DNA from: Eledone cirrhosa
Taxonomy: Eukaryota
Assembly: GCA_964016885.1 (NCBI GenBank)
Contig: OZ024742.1
Span: 88,164,001-88,228,000, forward strand
Length of the DNA stretch: 64,000 bases
Reading direction: 5' to 3'
Both the position numbers and the translations under genes were made by a program. The stretch's first letter is position 1; each line of letters begins with the position of its first letter. Below, piece by piece: positions 1-11,720 of this stretch. The notes under the pieces are model-generated. The model had not been told where the DNA came from. It made no database searches and was given only the letters and a program-made list of their open reading frames with translations.

Positions 1-1630
1 ATAGTTTATTTGTTTCCCTCTGTATTTGTTTTTGCAGGGGGAAGGAAGAGAATGTTTTTCTTTTTTAGTTTCTTTTTTTCTTTTTTCCTGATACCGTTTC
101 CCACTCCTCGTCATCACAATCTGTCTCCAGTTGTGATAGGACGGGGAGTGGAAAATCCTCCACAGGCGTAAGTTTTGGTTGTTGCGTGGTGGATGTTGTA
201 GGCGCTGGTGCTAGTTCTGGCGCGTTGGGTGGAGGTGGTGTTGGTTTTGCTACTGTTGCTGGGTTTGTTGCTATTACAGTTGCTTCTGATGTTGCTGCTA
301 CAGTCGTTGCTGCCATCTCTGTTGCTGGTGGTGTTGATGGTTGAGTCACTGGTGTGGGTAGCAGAGGTGGCCTCAACCTTTTAGCCTGAGGGCAGAAAGC
401 CCTTAGGTGGGTTCCTTCACCACAAACGACACACCTAGGCCTTCTGCCCTCGACAATTATGGTGAGGTGGCTGCCGTCAGTGAGGTAGGTCTCTTACCAC
501 TGGGGTCTCCTCAATGCTTTTTTGGTCCGCTTGGATCAGGAGCTCCATCCCAGATCCAGACCAGTTCTCTTGCTTTTATTTCGCTATTTCGATTATCTTG
601 GTGTTGGCTTCGATGCCGGCAAGGACGGCAGTTATTAGCCAGGGAATTTTGATGGCCGGTGGAACGTGGGTGACCCTGATCTTTACGAGTCTCTGGCCAC
701 AATAGCTTGGGACGAGTGTGAAGTCGTCACTTCTTAATGGGGTCACGGAGTGTTCTCTAGCCTCCTGTGGTGTTTCAAAGAACACGTCAATGGTTCCAAA
801 CTTCTGCCCACGTCTGATGTGGGTTTTTTTTGGCCACACATGTCCCAAAGCTTTTTGGATTTGTGACTCGAATGCCCGTTCCACTCGGCGCGATTTTATA
901 TTATTTGTTCGATAAGAACGGTGCCGATGCTCCATCTTATTAGGTGTGTATGGGGGGAGGGGCTGACCCTGTACCCATCTTTCTTTACCATTTGTTTGGC
1001 TTCTTCTAATTCCTCCTGTGTTACCTGAAATGTTTCGCACTGTTTTGCTACTCTTGCAAAACTCAGGGTGGTTTTCTTAATGTCATTGTTGCTGTTATTG
1101 TTATCGTTATTTTTGTTATTATTAATTTTATTTTCAGTTGTGGTTGTGGGGGCGTCAGTGGTGTTCGGTGTGGAAGAGTTCATTTTGGTTGAATTTATTT
1201 CGATTTCACGAGTTAATTTATTTTTTTCTTTTGTTTCTTTTGTCGCGGTGGTAGGGGGAGTGGTGGTTGTCGCGGTGGTGGTGGAGGTGGTGGCGGCTTT
1301 AACACCTGCAGTCATTGGTAATGGCGGGAAATGAATGTCTGCCTGAGACAAATTTAAAATTTGCTACTGCTTATATTTTTAGTGTTGGCAAACGTAGTAA
1401 TATTTACAATGGTGATGTCGGTGTGAGGTGTTAGTTTGTGAGAAAGGAGTGACTCTGAGTCAACCATGATTTTTCAAAGAAAAATTTTTGTTTGATAATT
1501 ATAAAAGTTTAAATTTTAGACTCAAGGCCCCAATCTTTTTGGGTGTCCTTTTCATGAATGGCAATTTTAAATAACTGAAAATAACAAACCTTTGCGGAGC
1601 TCACGATAATACGATTTACTACGTAGGTTG
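1..1630 (-). mobile_element. Tx1/L1-type non-LTR retrotransposon, 5' UTR plus frameshifted ORF1 (gag-like); runs off the window start
   Basis: Minus ORF pieces 896-1351, 576-1040, 65-376: Thr/Asn-rich N-terminus, SFARVAK, PSYCGQRLVKIRVTHVPP. Reverse complement of ~390-460 reads IVEGRRPRCVVCEGTHLRAFCP (Cys/His knuckle). Same motifs occur in ORF1 of the APE/RT element at 17282-22555 (SFAQTV, PIYMGKRTQEIKIQ, VEVRRPSC..GHLRASCP). Confidence 0.7.
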
Positions 1631-1635
1631 CCAAT

Positions 1636-1636
1636 C

Positions 1637-1682
<46 letters not shown>

Positions 1683-1715
1683 GATCATATTCCATTACAA
1701 AATTATAATAATAAT
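1636..1715. repeat. (AAT)n microsatellite with a duplicated 23-nt element junction
   Basis: Direct reading: (aat)n, aaagatcatattccattacaaaa, short (aat)n, then the same 23-mer continuing into the element. Confidence 0.9.
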
Positions 1716-2800
1716 AAAGATCATATTCCATTACAAAAGATGCACAAAGATACAGTAATGGACTACAAATTTCAGAAGTCCCATTTACTGTTGAAATGGA
1801 AAACACAGAAAAAGCAAAGCAGGTAAAAGTAACTGCAAAGAAAGAACTGCTACAGAAACTGGCTAAGAAATGGCAAGAAAAGCCTCTGTATGGAAAATAC
1901 CCAGATCGAGCTAACAATCCTGATGTTGACAAAACTTTAACCCATCAGTGGTTGGCATCCTCTGGACTGAAATCGGAGACTGAAGGACTGATTATATCGG
2001 CAGAAGATAAGTGTCTGCCAACAAAAAATTACCAAGCCAACATAATGAAAAATGGGTGCAGCCCCTTATGCCGAATATGCAAAAAATAACCAGAGACCAT
2101 TGACCATATAATTTCAATGTGCAGTTCTATAGCTCCAACCGAATACCTAAACAGGCATGACAGAGCTGCACAATACATACATTGGATAATGTGTAAGCAT
2201 TTTGACCTGCCCCATCAAAAGAATTGGTGGGAGCATCAACCACCTCCCATACTTGAAAAAGATCACATCTCAATCTTGTGGAACTTTAGCATCCAAACAG
2301 ACCGAAAAATAGATGCAAACAGACCTGATATAATATTGAAAGTCTTTCAAAAGAGGGTATGCCTGCTAATTGATATGTCTCTTCCAATAGACAAGAATGT
2401 ATCTATAAAAACATTTGAAAAATTGAGCAAGTATAAGGACCTGGAGATAGAAGTTGGAAAAATGTGGAAATTGAGAACTAAAACAATACCAGCGGTTGTA
2501 GGCGCTCTGGGAATGATACCTAAGGGGTCTAATGATTACTTATCGCAAATCCCAGGAAACCCGCGTATAGGAGAAATACAAAAGATAGTACTAATGGGAA
2601 CTGCCCATATACTAAGGAAGATTCTGTCATTATAAGTACATCACAAGTCTAAACACTAAAGATGAATGTGTGAATATGTATGTTCTTTCTTGAACATGGC
2701 GGACCTTGTTGTCTCTTGAGGTCACTGGTTGTGACTTGGTGATAACTCGTATGAACATAAAGCAAGATAAATGCAACTGTAATAATAATAATAATAATAA
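1680..2800 (+). mobile_element. R4/Dong-type RLE non-LTR retrotransposon family B, 5'-truncated 3' end
   Basis: ORFs 1796-2089 and 2117-2635: LKSETEGLIISA, CRIC..ETIDHIISMC zinc knuckle, RHD, RPDIIL..LLID..K..KY restriction-like endonuclease, VVGALG. 3' UTR ends in (AAT)n at ~2781-2800. Confidence 0.9.
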
Positions 2801-2801
2801 T

Positions 2802-4440
2802 TCAATTGTGAAATAACAATTCTTAGTACAACTGTTGCATAACACATCCAGCTTGAATCCCAAAAAATTCAGAACCACAATATATTGTTATATCGCTAAA
2901 ATATTCAATTTTGTATTATACATTTTATATTCAAAAAAGAAAATGGTTATAAATGGAAGAAAACCCCCTCTGTCTACACTATATAGAACAGCCAAATAAC
3001 AGCAATTTCACTAACATCAGAAACTAGATACACCACCTACCCCATCACCTCTTTGTGTACAATAAACACAACAGCCAGATAACGGCAATTTCACCACCAC
3101 CACCACCAATCTCAGCATAATAATAATTATTATTATTACTATTGCCTCAAGTTTTAGTTTCAACAAAATGTTTAATACCACTATTAAGATAATATGTCAA
3201 CACATATACGCGACTAACGATAATTTCACTAAAGATAATTTCCCCACCAATACCACCACCACTACCACGATGAAAACTCTGGTCAAGTCGACTCAAATTT
3301 CTACTCCAACTTCAACACCATCACTACAGTAATACGACCACATCACCATAACCACTGCCACACTATCGCTACCGCCGCTATTCTCTCCCCCTACCTCCTG
3401 CTAGTTGCTGCTAGCACAGCACCGCCACCACCACCACCGCTATTCTCTCCCGCTACCCCCTGCTACATTGTAGAATTCCCACTAAAAGAGGAAAAAATCA
3501 AAATATATAAATAGACTGAATTGATGACCTGGTCAAAATCAAAAAAAAAAATCAAAATCAAGTTTTAGTTTTAACAAAATGTTTAATTCCAATATTAAGA
3601 TAATATGTCAACACATATACGCGACTAATGATAATTTCACTAAAGATAATTTCACCACCAATACCACCACCACTACCACGATGAAAAATCTGATCAAGTC
3701 GACTCAAATTCCTACTGCAACTTCAACACCATCACTACAGTCATACGACCACATCATCACCGCCACCACTGCCTCATTAACGCACCTGCCGCTACTCTCT
3801 CCCACTACCTCCTGCTAGTTGCTGCTGGCACAGCTCCACCACGACCACCGCCGCCGCTGCCTCAATATCAATACCGCCGCTATTCCGTCCCGCTACCCCC
3901 TGCTACATTGTAGAATTCTCACTACAAGAGGAAAACATCAAAATAAATAAATAGACTGAATTGATGACCCGGTCAAAATAAAAAAAAAATAATCAAAATC
4001 AAGTTTTAGTTTTAACAAAATGTTTATACCAATATTAAGAGAATATGTCCACACATATACGCGACTAATGATAATTTCACTAAAGATAATTACACCACCG
4101 GTGCCACCACCACTGCCTCAATGAAAACTCTGGTCAAGTTGACTCAAAGGTCTGCTCCATCTTCAACACCATCGTTACAGTAATACGACCACATCGCCAC
4201 CGCCGCTGCCTCATTATCGCTACCGCCGCTATTCTCTCCCACTACCTCCTGCTAGTTGCTGCTGGCACAGCACCGCCATCGCCGCCGCCACCGCTGCCTC
4301 ATTGTCACAACCGCCGCTATTCCCTCCCGCTAGCGCCTGCTACATTGTAGAATTCTCACTAAAAGAGGAAGGCATCAAAATATATAAATAGACTTAATTG
4401 ATGACCCGGTCAAAATAAAAAATCAAAAAATCAAAATAAA
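2802..4440 (+). repeat. Unclassified repeat: ~350-bp leader plus three tandem ~410-440-bp monomers (starts ~3147, 3558, 3999)
   Basis: Monomers begin tcaagttttagttt(c/t)aacaaaatgttt and end with variants of atataaatagactgaattgatgacc(c/t)ggtcaaaat plus A-rich tracts. The leader is homologous to ~53800-54180. Confidence 0.85.
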
Positions 4441-4544
4441 AGCAGCACAGCAACAACGAAAAACGTAAAGGAAATAAAAATGAAGAGAAAAACAAACGGA
4501 CGGACAGAAAGGGACGGGAAAAACTAAGTCAGACATTCAAACAC

Positions 4545-7500
4545 TACATTACAATGAAACTTATGCTTATTCATTTTGGGGTTTTTTTCTGCCTGTTTGT
4601 TTGTTTGTTTATTTGGGTTCGTCTACAGCGTGATAATGCCACACAAAAGTCACGTGGAGTGACGAAACCACCGGAGACAGGTCATTCACCGGTGGTTATG
4701 TAACCATACATTCGCCAATCCTCGATAAGAGTGTTTAAATGTCGAACCTAAACAGTTCGAATAACGGTGAAATGGAGACTAGAATGTCATGTGACAGACT
4801 CTCACCCAACAGGTGCTCCCTGGCTCAGCAGCAGGGACCTGGCTGTCAACCAAATACTGCTGGTGTCGGAGGAAGAAGAAGAAGGAGAGGGACCAGAACC
4901 AACTGGACGAAAGAATTGAATAGAACTGTTATGCAATGTTACGTGAACAGTAACCCCAAGGAGAAAGGCTATAGGAAAAGGATGCATAACATCTTGAACG
5001 AGATTGGTCCATCTAAATTAGATGAACAACAACTGGCCGGGCAGGCTCGGGTAATAAGAACTAATGGGTGGATAAGAGAGCTGGAACTGGAGGAACTGAG
5101 CAGAGAGATTAGCTTGGAGATGGAGGGTGGAGTATGCCAGGCAAACGAGCCAGTGGGAAATGAAGGTGAAGAGGTCGAGAGAATGGAGGAACCACCAGGA
5201 ACAGACAATGATCTGAATGCTGAGATAAATAATACCTGGAACAGAGATACGGCCACTGAGGAGATGAATGCTGACGGGCTAGGACAAGATTTGGTAGATA
5301 TCCTAAACTTAGTGGTAGATGAATTGAACAATGATAGTGGGAGACCTATGAACCTAAGATTTGTAGACAAGAAAAAGTTAAAAGAAACAACATCTAAGGT
5401 AAACAAAGTCATCCCATACGTTGAGGCGAGGAGCCTTCACCAGCGCAACAATATCCTCAAAGCAACAGCAAATACGGTGAGGAAACTACTTGGTATAAAA
5501 GCGAGAGGAAACAACAGACAAGAAAGAGCAGAGCCTTGGTGGAAGAAACGACTGAGTTGTCAAATCAGGGAAATGAGAAATGACATAGGAAAGCTTGAGT
5601 CCCTATTGAATGGTACACTAAAAAACATAGACACTAAAAATAGACTGGAAATAAAGTAAAAAACTAGGAGGAAAAAGCTAAAGATTATCATAGAGGAACT
5701 GATGCAACGCATTGTAGCAAAGAGTGCAAAAATCAGGGGATACGAGAACAGAGTCAGCCAGTATACACAGAACCGCATGATCGACAACAACCACCAGATG
5801 CTGTTTGGACAGCTTGAGGGGAAAGAAAGAGGCAACGACTTGATCCTTGAGGCGGAACAAACTAAAACATTCTGGAGAGGAATATGGGAGCAGGTTGTTC
5901 AACATCATGACCAGGCAGTGTGGATTGAGACAGTACAGAATGAGATGAGTGAACAGGCACACCAACAAACTGATTTGAGTATCCCAGTTGAAACTCTTAA
6001 GGGGCAGGCCAAAAGACTAACCAACTGGATATCACCTGGCCCAGATGGTGTGCAGGGTATTGGATTAAAAACATAACATCCCTCCACCCGAAACTGGGAG
6101 ATAGTCTGTCCCCTCTGTTGTTTGTCCTTGCCCTGATGCCCCTGACCAGTGTACTGCGAAAAGTGAGAGCAGGATACAGGTTGGGAAAGGGAGGGCCTAC
6201 CATCAATCACTTCCTCTTCATGGACGATCTTAAGCTCTTCGGTAAGAGTGAGAAGGAGTTGGATGTTCTTGTTGACACTGTCCGTATTTTCAGCAATGAT
6301 ATATGTATGCAATTTGGTATTAGTAAATGTGGAGTCATTGTGATGAGGAGGGGTAAGTTGAGCAGAAGTAACGGAATCCAGATACCAACAGGTGAGATGA
6401 TAAAGGAAATTGACTCTGAGGAAGGATACAAGTATTTGGGCGTTCTGGAGGCTGATGACATCAAGAACAAAAAAATGAAGGAATTGATAAGAACTGAATA
6501 CCTTCGGAGAGTAAGGAGCGTATTAAAGTCACATATGAACAGTAGGAATGCCATAACGGCAGTAAATTCCCGAGCTGTGTCTATTATTAGGTACAGTGCG
6601 GGAATTCTGAGATGGAATGTTGCTGAACAAAAAGAAATGGATAGGAAGACTAGAAAGCTATTGACTATCTACAATATGTTCCACAAGAGGAGTGATGTCG
6701 ATAGACTCTACTTAAGGAGATCTGAAGGTGGAAGAGGTCTTATCAGCATAGAGGACTGTGTTCAGATGGAGAAGAACAACCTACACAAAGACGTGACTGA
6801 TAGTAAGGAGCCAATGCTCAGAACTGTACTGAAGGAGGGGACAATAGGCCAGGGGATGTCCAAGGAGGAAATAACATCAAGGAGAAAGAGCAGCCTTCAT
6901 GAAAAGTCCCTTCTTAGTATCTTCTTTGAGAAAACTGAATTTAGAGACCCACACACATGGAACTGGTTGAAATGAGGAGACCTTAAAAAGGCTACAGAAG
7001 GAATGCTAATGGCTGATCAAGAGCAGGCCCTCAAAACGAAGTGGGTGAAACACCATATTTACAAGGAGGAGGCTAGCCCACTGTGCAGGATTTGTGGAGA
7101 GAGAGAGGAGACTGTGGCTCACATTGTATCCGAGTGTAAACACCTAGCCCAGACTCACTATAAGGGCTGGAGACATGATGTGATGGGCAGGGTGATCCAC
7201 TGGCACCTACGCAAAGTAAACAATTTACCACATACTGAGAAGTGGTATGAGCATAAGCCAGAGGCGGTGATAGAAAACGATCAGGTGAAGGTGCTGTGGG
7301 ATTTTAGGATACAGATAGACAAGAAACTGGAACACAATAGACCTGACCTGGTGGTTGTGGACAAAGAAAAAAGATCGTGCCTGATTGTGGATGTGGCCTG
7401 CCAATTCGACACGAGAGTGCAAGAGAAGGAGAGGGAGAACATTAACCAATACCAAAACTTAAATTGGGAGGTAAAAAGGATTTGGAACTGCCATGAAGTC

Positions 7501-7772
7501 AAAGTGATCCCGATTGTCATAGGCGCACTAGGGACTATCTCAAAAGGTTTCCAGGGATGGTTAAAGAAAATTGGCCCCTTCACGCTTTTTGGAACGCTTC
7601 AAAAGGCATGCATGCTGGTAACAGCAAGAACCCTCCGATACGTCCTGAATAGCTGAGGCTGCAGGTAATGGCTTGATATTCATTTCAACAAACTTTCCAG
7701 TTAACTAACATCAATGACTGAGAGTCAAAAAATAATAATAGTAATAATAAAAATAATAATAATAATAATAAA
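4545..7772 (+). mobile_element. R4/Dong-type element family A, full-length ends with an internal deletion of the N-terminal half of RT
   Basis: ORFs 4739-5659, 5702-6076, 6118-6975, 7003-7656. SPGPDG (RT0) is joined at ~6095 directly to GDSLSPLLF. Also FMDDLKL, YKYLG, GGRGL, CRIC..H..C, RPDL..D RLE motif and an (AAT)n tail. 5' end shared with the copy at 58825. Confidence 0.92.
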
Positions 7773-10185
7773 TAAAGAGGCAACGACTTGATCCCTGATG
7801 CGGAACAAACTAAGACATTTTGGAGAGGAATATGGGAGCAGGATGTTAAACATAATGACCAGGCAGTGTGGATTGAGACATTACAAAAGGAGATTAGTGA
7901 ACAGGCACATCAACAAATTGATTTGAGTATCAGAGTTGAAACTCTTAAGGGGCAGGCCAAGAAACTAACCAACTGGAAATCACCAGGCCCAGATGGTGTG
8001 CAGGGGTATAGGATTAAAAATATAACTCCCTGCACCCGAAACTGACAACCATGTTCAATGACTACTTGATGTCAGGTGATGTACCAGAGTGGTTGACAAA
8101 AGGTGCCACAATTCTGGTAATGAAAGACCGAATCAAGGGTAATGATGTTACCAACTATAGACCTATCACATGTCTGTCCGTAATGTGGAAACTGTTGACA
8201 AGCATTATGTCTGAGGAAATCTACCATCACCTCCACACAAACAATTTGTTACAGGACGAACAGAAAGGATGCCGAAAGAAGTCCCGTGGTACAAAGGACC
8301 AGTTACTTATTGATAAGATGGTAATGAGGAATTGCAAGAGGAGACACACTTGTCTTGCCATGGCATGGATAGACCTCAAAAAGGCATTTGACATGGTGCC
8401 TCATTCTTGGATCACCAAAAGCCTAGAGATCTTCAAGGTGGCAGATAGCATCAGACAGTTGTTGGGAAAAAGTATGAAGTCCTGGAAAACAGAGTTAACA
8501 TCAGCTGGAGCATGCTTGGGAAGCGTGAAGATCAAGAGAGGTATCTTCCAGGGAGATAGCCTGTCCCCTCTGTTGTTTGTCCTTGCCCTGATGCCCCTGA
8601 CCATTATACTGCGAAAAGTGAGAGCAGGATACAAGTTGGGAAAGGGATAGCTTACCATCAATCACCTCCTCTTGATGGCCGATCATAAGCTCTTCAGGAA
8701 GAGTGAGAAGGAGTTGGATGTGCTTGTTGACACTGTCCGTATTTTCAGCACTGATATATGTATGCAATTTGGAAAGTGTGGAGATCTTGTGATGAAAATG
8801 GGTAAATTGAGCAGAAGCAACGGAATCCAGGTACCAACAGGTGAAATGATAAAGGAAATTGACATTGAAGAAGGATACAATTATTTGGGTGTTCTGGAGG
8901 CTGATAACATCAAGAACAAAAAATGAAGGAATTGATAAGATCTGAATATATTCGGAGAGTAAGGAGCGTATTAAAATCACATCTGAACAGTAGGAATGCC
9001 ATAAGTGCAGTAAATTCCCGAGCTGTGTCTATTATTAGGTACAGTTCGGGAATTCTGAGATGGAATGTTGCTGAACAAAAAGAAAAAAGAAATGTATAGG
9101 AAGACTAGGAAGCTATTGACTATCTACAACATGTTCCACAAGAGGAGTGATGTCGATAGACTCTACTTAAGGAGATCTGAAGGTGGAGATGTCTTATCAG
9201 CATAGAGGACTGTGTTCAGATGGAGAAAAACAACCTACACAAAGACGTGACTGATATTAAGGAGAGAATGCTCAGAATGTTACTGAAGGAGAAGACAATA
9301 GACCAGGGGATGTCCAAGGAGGAAATAAAAACAAGGAGAAAGAGTAGCCTTCATGAAAAATCCCTTCATAGTACCTTCTTTGAGAAAACTGAATTCAGAG
9401 ATCCACAGACATGGAACTGGTTGAAAAGAGGAGACCTTAAAAAGGCTACAGAAGGAATGCTAATGGCTGATCAAGAGCAGGCCCTCAAAACGAAGTGGGT
9501 GAAACACCATATTTACAAGGAGGAGGCTAGCCCACTGTGCAGGATCTGTGGAGAGAGAGAGGAGACTGTGGCTCACATTGTATCCGAGTGTAAACACCTA
9601 GCCCAGACTCACTATAAGGGCTGGAGACATGGTGTGATGGGCAGGGTGATCCACTGGCACCTATGAAAAGTAAACAATTTACCACATTCTGAGAAGTGGT
9701 ATGAGCATAAGCCAGAGTCGGTGATAGAAAACGATCAGGTGAAGGTGCTATGGGATTTTAGGATACAGACGGACAAGAAACTGGAACACAATAGACCTGA
9801 CCTGGTGGTTTGGGACAAGGAAAAATGATCGTGCCTGATTGTGGATGTGGCCTGCCCATTCGACACGAGAGCGCAAGAGAAGGAGAGGGAGAAAATTAAC
9901 CGATACCAGAACTCAAAGTGGGAGGTAAAAATGATTTGGAACTGCCATGAAGTCAAAGTGGTCCCGAGTGTCATAGGCGCACTAGGTACTATCTCAACAG
10001 TTCCCAGGGATGGTTAAAGAAAATTGGCCCCGCCACGCTTATTGGAACGCTTCAAAAGGCATGCTTGTTGGTAACAGCAAGAACCCTCCGATACGTCCTA
10101 ATATCTGAGGCTGCAGGTAGTGGCTTGATATTCATTTCAACAAACTTTCCAGTTAACTAACATCAATGACTGAGACTCAAAGAAC

Positions 10186-10229
<44 letters not shown>
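7773..10229 (+). mobile_element. R4/Dong-type family A, 5'-truncated copy in tandem (degenerate RT and RLE)
   Basis: Starts directly after the (AAT)n tail of the previous copy. NYRPITCL, EQKGC, AWIDLKKAFDMVPH, RGIFQGDSLSPLLF; several stops and frameshifts; same 3' UTR; (AAT)n tail ~10186-10229. Confidence 0.92.
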
Positions 10230-10230
<1 letters not shown>

Positions 10231-10346
10231 TGTGTCTACTTTGGGCACAAAACCAGCAATTACCCAAATGCGTTGCTGGTACTTTCTTTTATCGATCACG
10301 TAAGGATGAAAGGCAAACATAACTTCCGTGGGATTTGAACTCAGAA
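10230..10346 (-). mobile_element. Partial tRNA-derived SINE with Deu/Nin-like domain
   Basis: Reverse complement contains gagttcaaatcc (B box) and gcctttcatccttacgtgatcgataaaa; homologous to 39275-39459 and 46256-46435. Confidence 0.75.
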
Positions 10347-10350
10347 ATAA

Positions 10351-11163
10351 TAAGAGAGGTATCTTCCAAGGAGATATTGTGTCCCTTTTTTTGTTTGTCC
10401 TTACACTCATACACCTTTCCATATATTGCGAAGTGAAAACAGGATATTAGCTGGAAAGTGGAGAGCTTACCATCAACCACTTCCTCTCCATGGACAATCT
10501 AAAACTCTTTGTGAAAAGTGTGGATTTGGATGTACTTGTTAATACTGTCCGTATGTTTGTAATTTGGTGTTAATAAGACTGGAGTGCTAGAGATGAAGAG
10601 AAGTAAATGGAAAAGAAGCAACGCAATCCATGTACCAACAGGTGATATGATAAAGCAAATCGACTCTCATGAGGGATACATACATTTGGGTGGTCTGGAG
10701 GCAGATGACATCAAGAACAATAAAAGGAAGGAACTGATATGCTATGAATACATAAAAAGAATAATGAACATACTAAAATCACATCTAAATAGTAGGAATG
10801 CTATGAGTGCAGTAAATTCCCGAGCTGTGTCTATTATTAGATATAGTGCGGGAATTCTCAAATGGAACGGTAGTGAACAAAAAGAAATGGATAGAAATAC
10901 ATGAGGCTAATGAATAGCCTCAGCATGTTCCTCAAGAGGAGTGATGTTGATAGACTCTACTTAAAGATATCTGAAGATGGAAGATGTCTTATCGGCATAG
11001 AGGTTGTGTTGTTCAGATGGAGAAGAGTGGCCTGAGGGTTCTTCCAGGGAGATAGTCTCTTCCCTTTGTGCTTGTCCTTACGTTCACACCTACATATTGC
11101 GAATAGTGAAAACAGGATTTGAATTGGGAAGATGAGAGCTTACTCTGAACTACCTCCTCTTCA
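10351..11163 (+). mobile_element. Older diverged R4/Dong-type RT fragments (two pieces, both starting near the GIFQGD motif)
   Basis: RGIFQGD at ~10354 and again at ~11035; ORF 10584-10904 resembles family A (EADDIKN, NSRNAMSAVNSRAVSIIRYSAG). Confidence 0.8.
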
Positions 11164-11164
11164 T

Positions 11165-11165
<1 letters not shown>

Positions 11166-11257
<92 letters not shown>

Positions 11258-11264
11258 AAGCAGC

Positions 11265-11316
<52 letters not shown>
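11166..11316. repeat. (TAG)n microsatellite
   Basis: Direct reading. Confidence 0.98.
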
Positions 11317-11469
11317 TGGCTGTTAGCACAAACACACATTGGTATAGATGGTTTTATTTTAGTGTATATTTTACATTTCTATAAATGCCAATTTTCTATA
11401 TCTTTAGTGTGTATATTTTTGTTCGGTAAGCGAAAGAGAGAGGAAGAGAGGACGAAAGAAAAAAGGCAT

Positions 11470-11473
11470 ATAC

Positions 11474-11553
<80 letters not shown>

Positions 11554-11720
11554 GTGTGTATGTGTGTGCGTGTGTGTGTGTGTGTGTATGTATGTTTGTG
11601 TATGATGACGTGTGTGTGTTTGTGTGTGTGTGTGTGTATGTTTGTGTATGATGATGTGTGTGTGTTTGTGTGTCTGTGTATGTATGAGTATGTGTGTGTG
11701 TGTGTAATATATATATATAA
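11470..11720. repeat. (TA)n/(TG)n compound microsatellite
   Basis: Direct reading. Confidence 0.95.

Noticed and set aside
3147-4440. Tandem repeats as a CRISPR-like array or Thr-rich gene
   Set aside because: Long monomers with no unique spacers; the frame is broken by stops in other monomers; eukaryotic context.
4649-4700. gtcac..gtgac GAAA ccaccgg..ccggtgg TT resembling a hammerhead 3' half
   Set aside because: No CUGANGA before the stem, and the pattern is broken in the second copy at ~58930.
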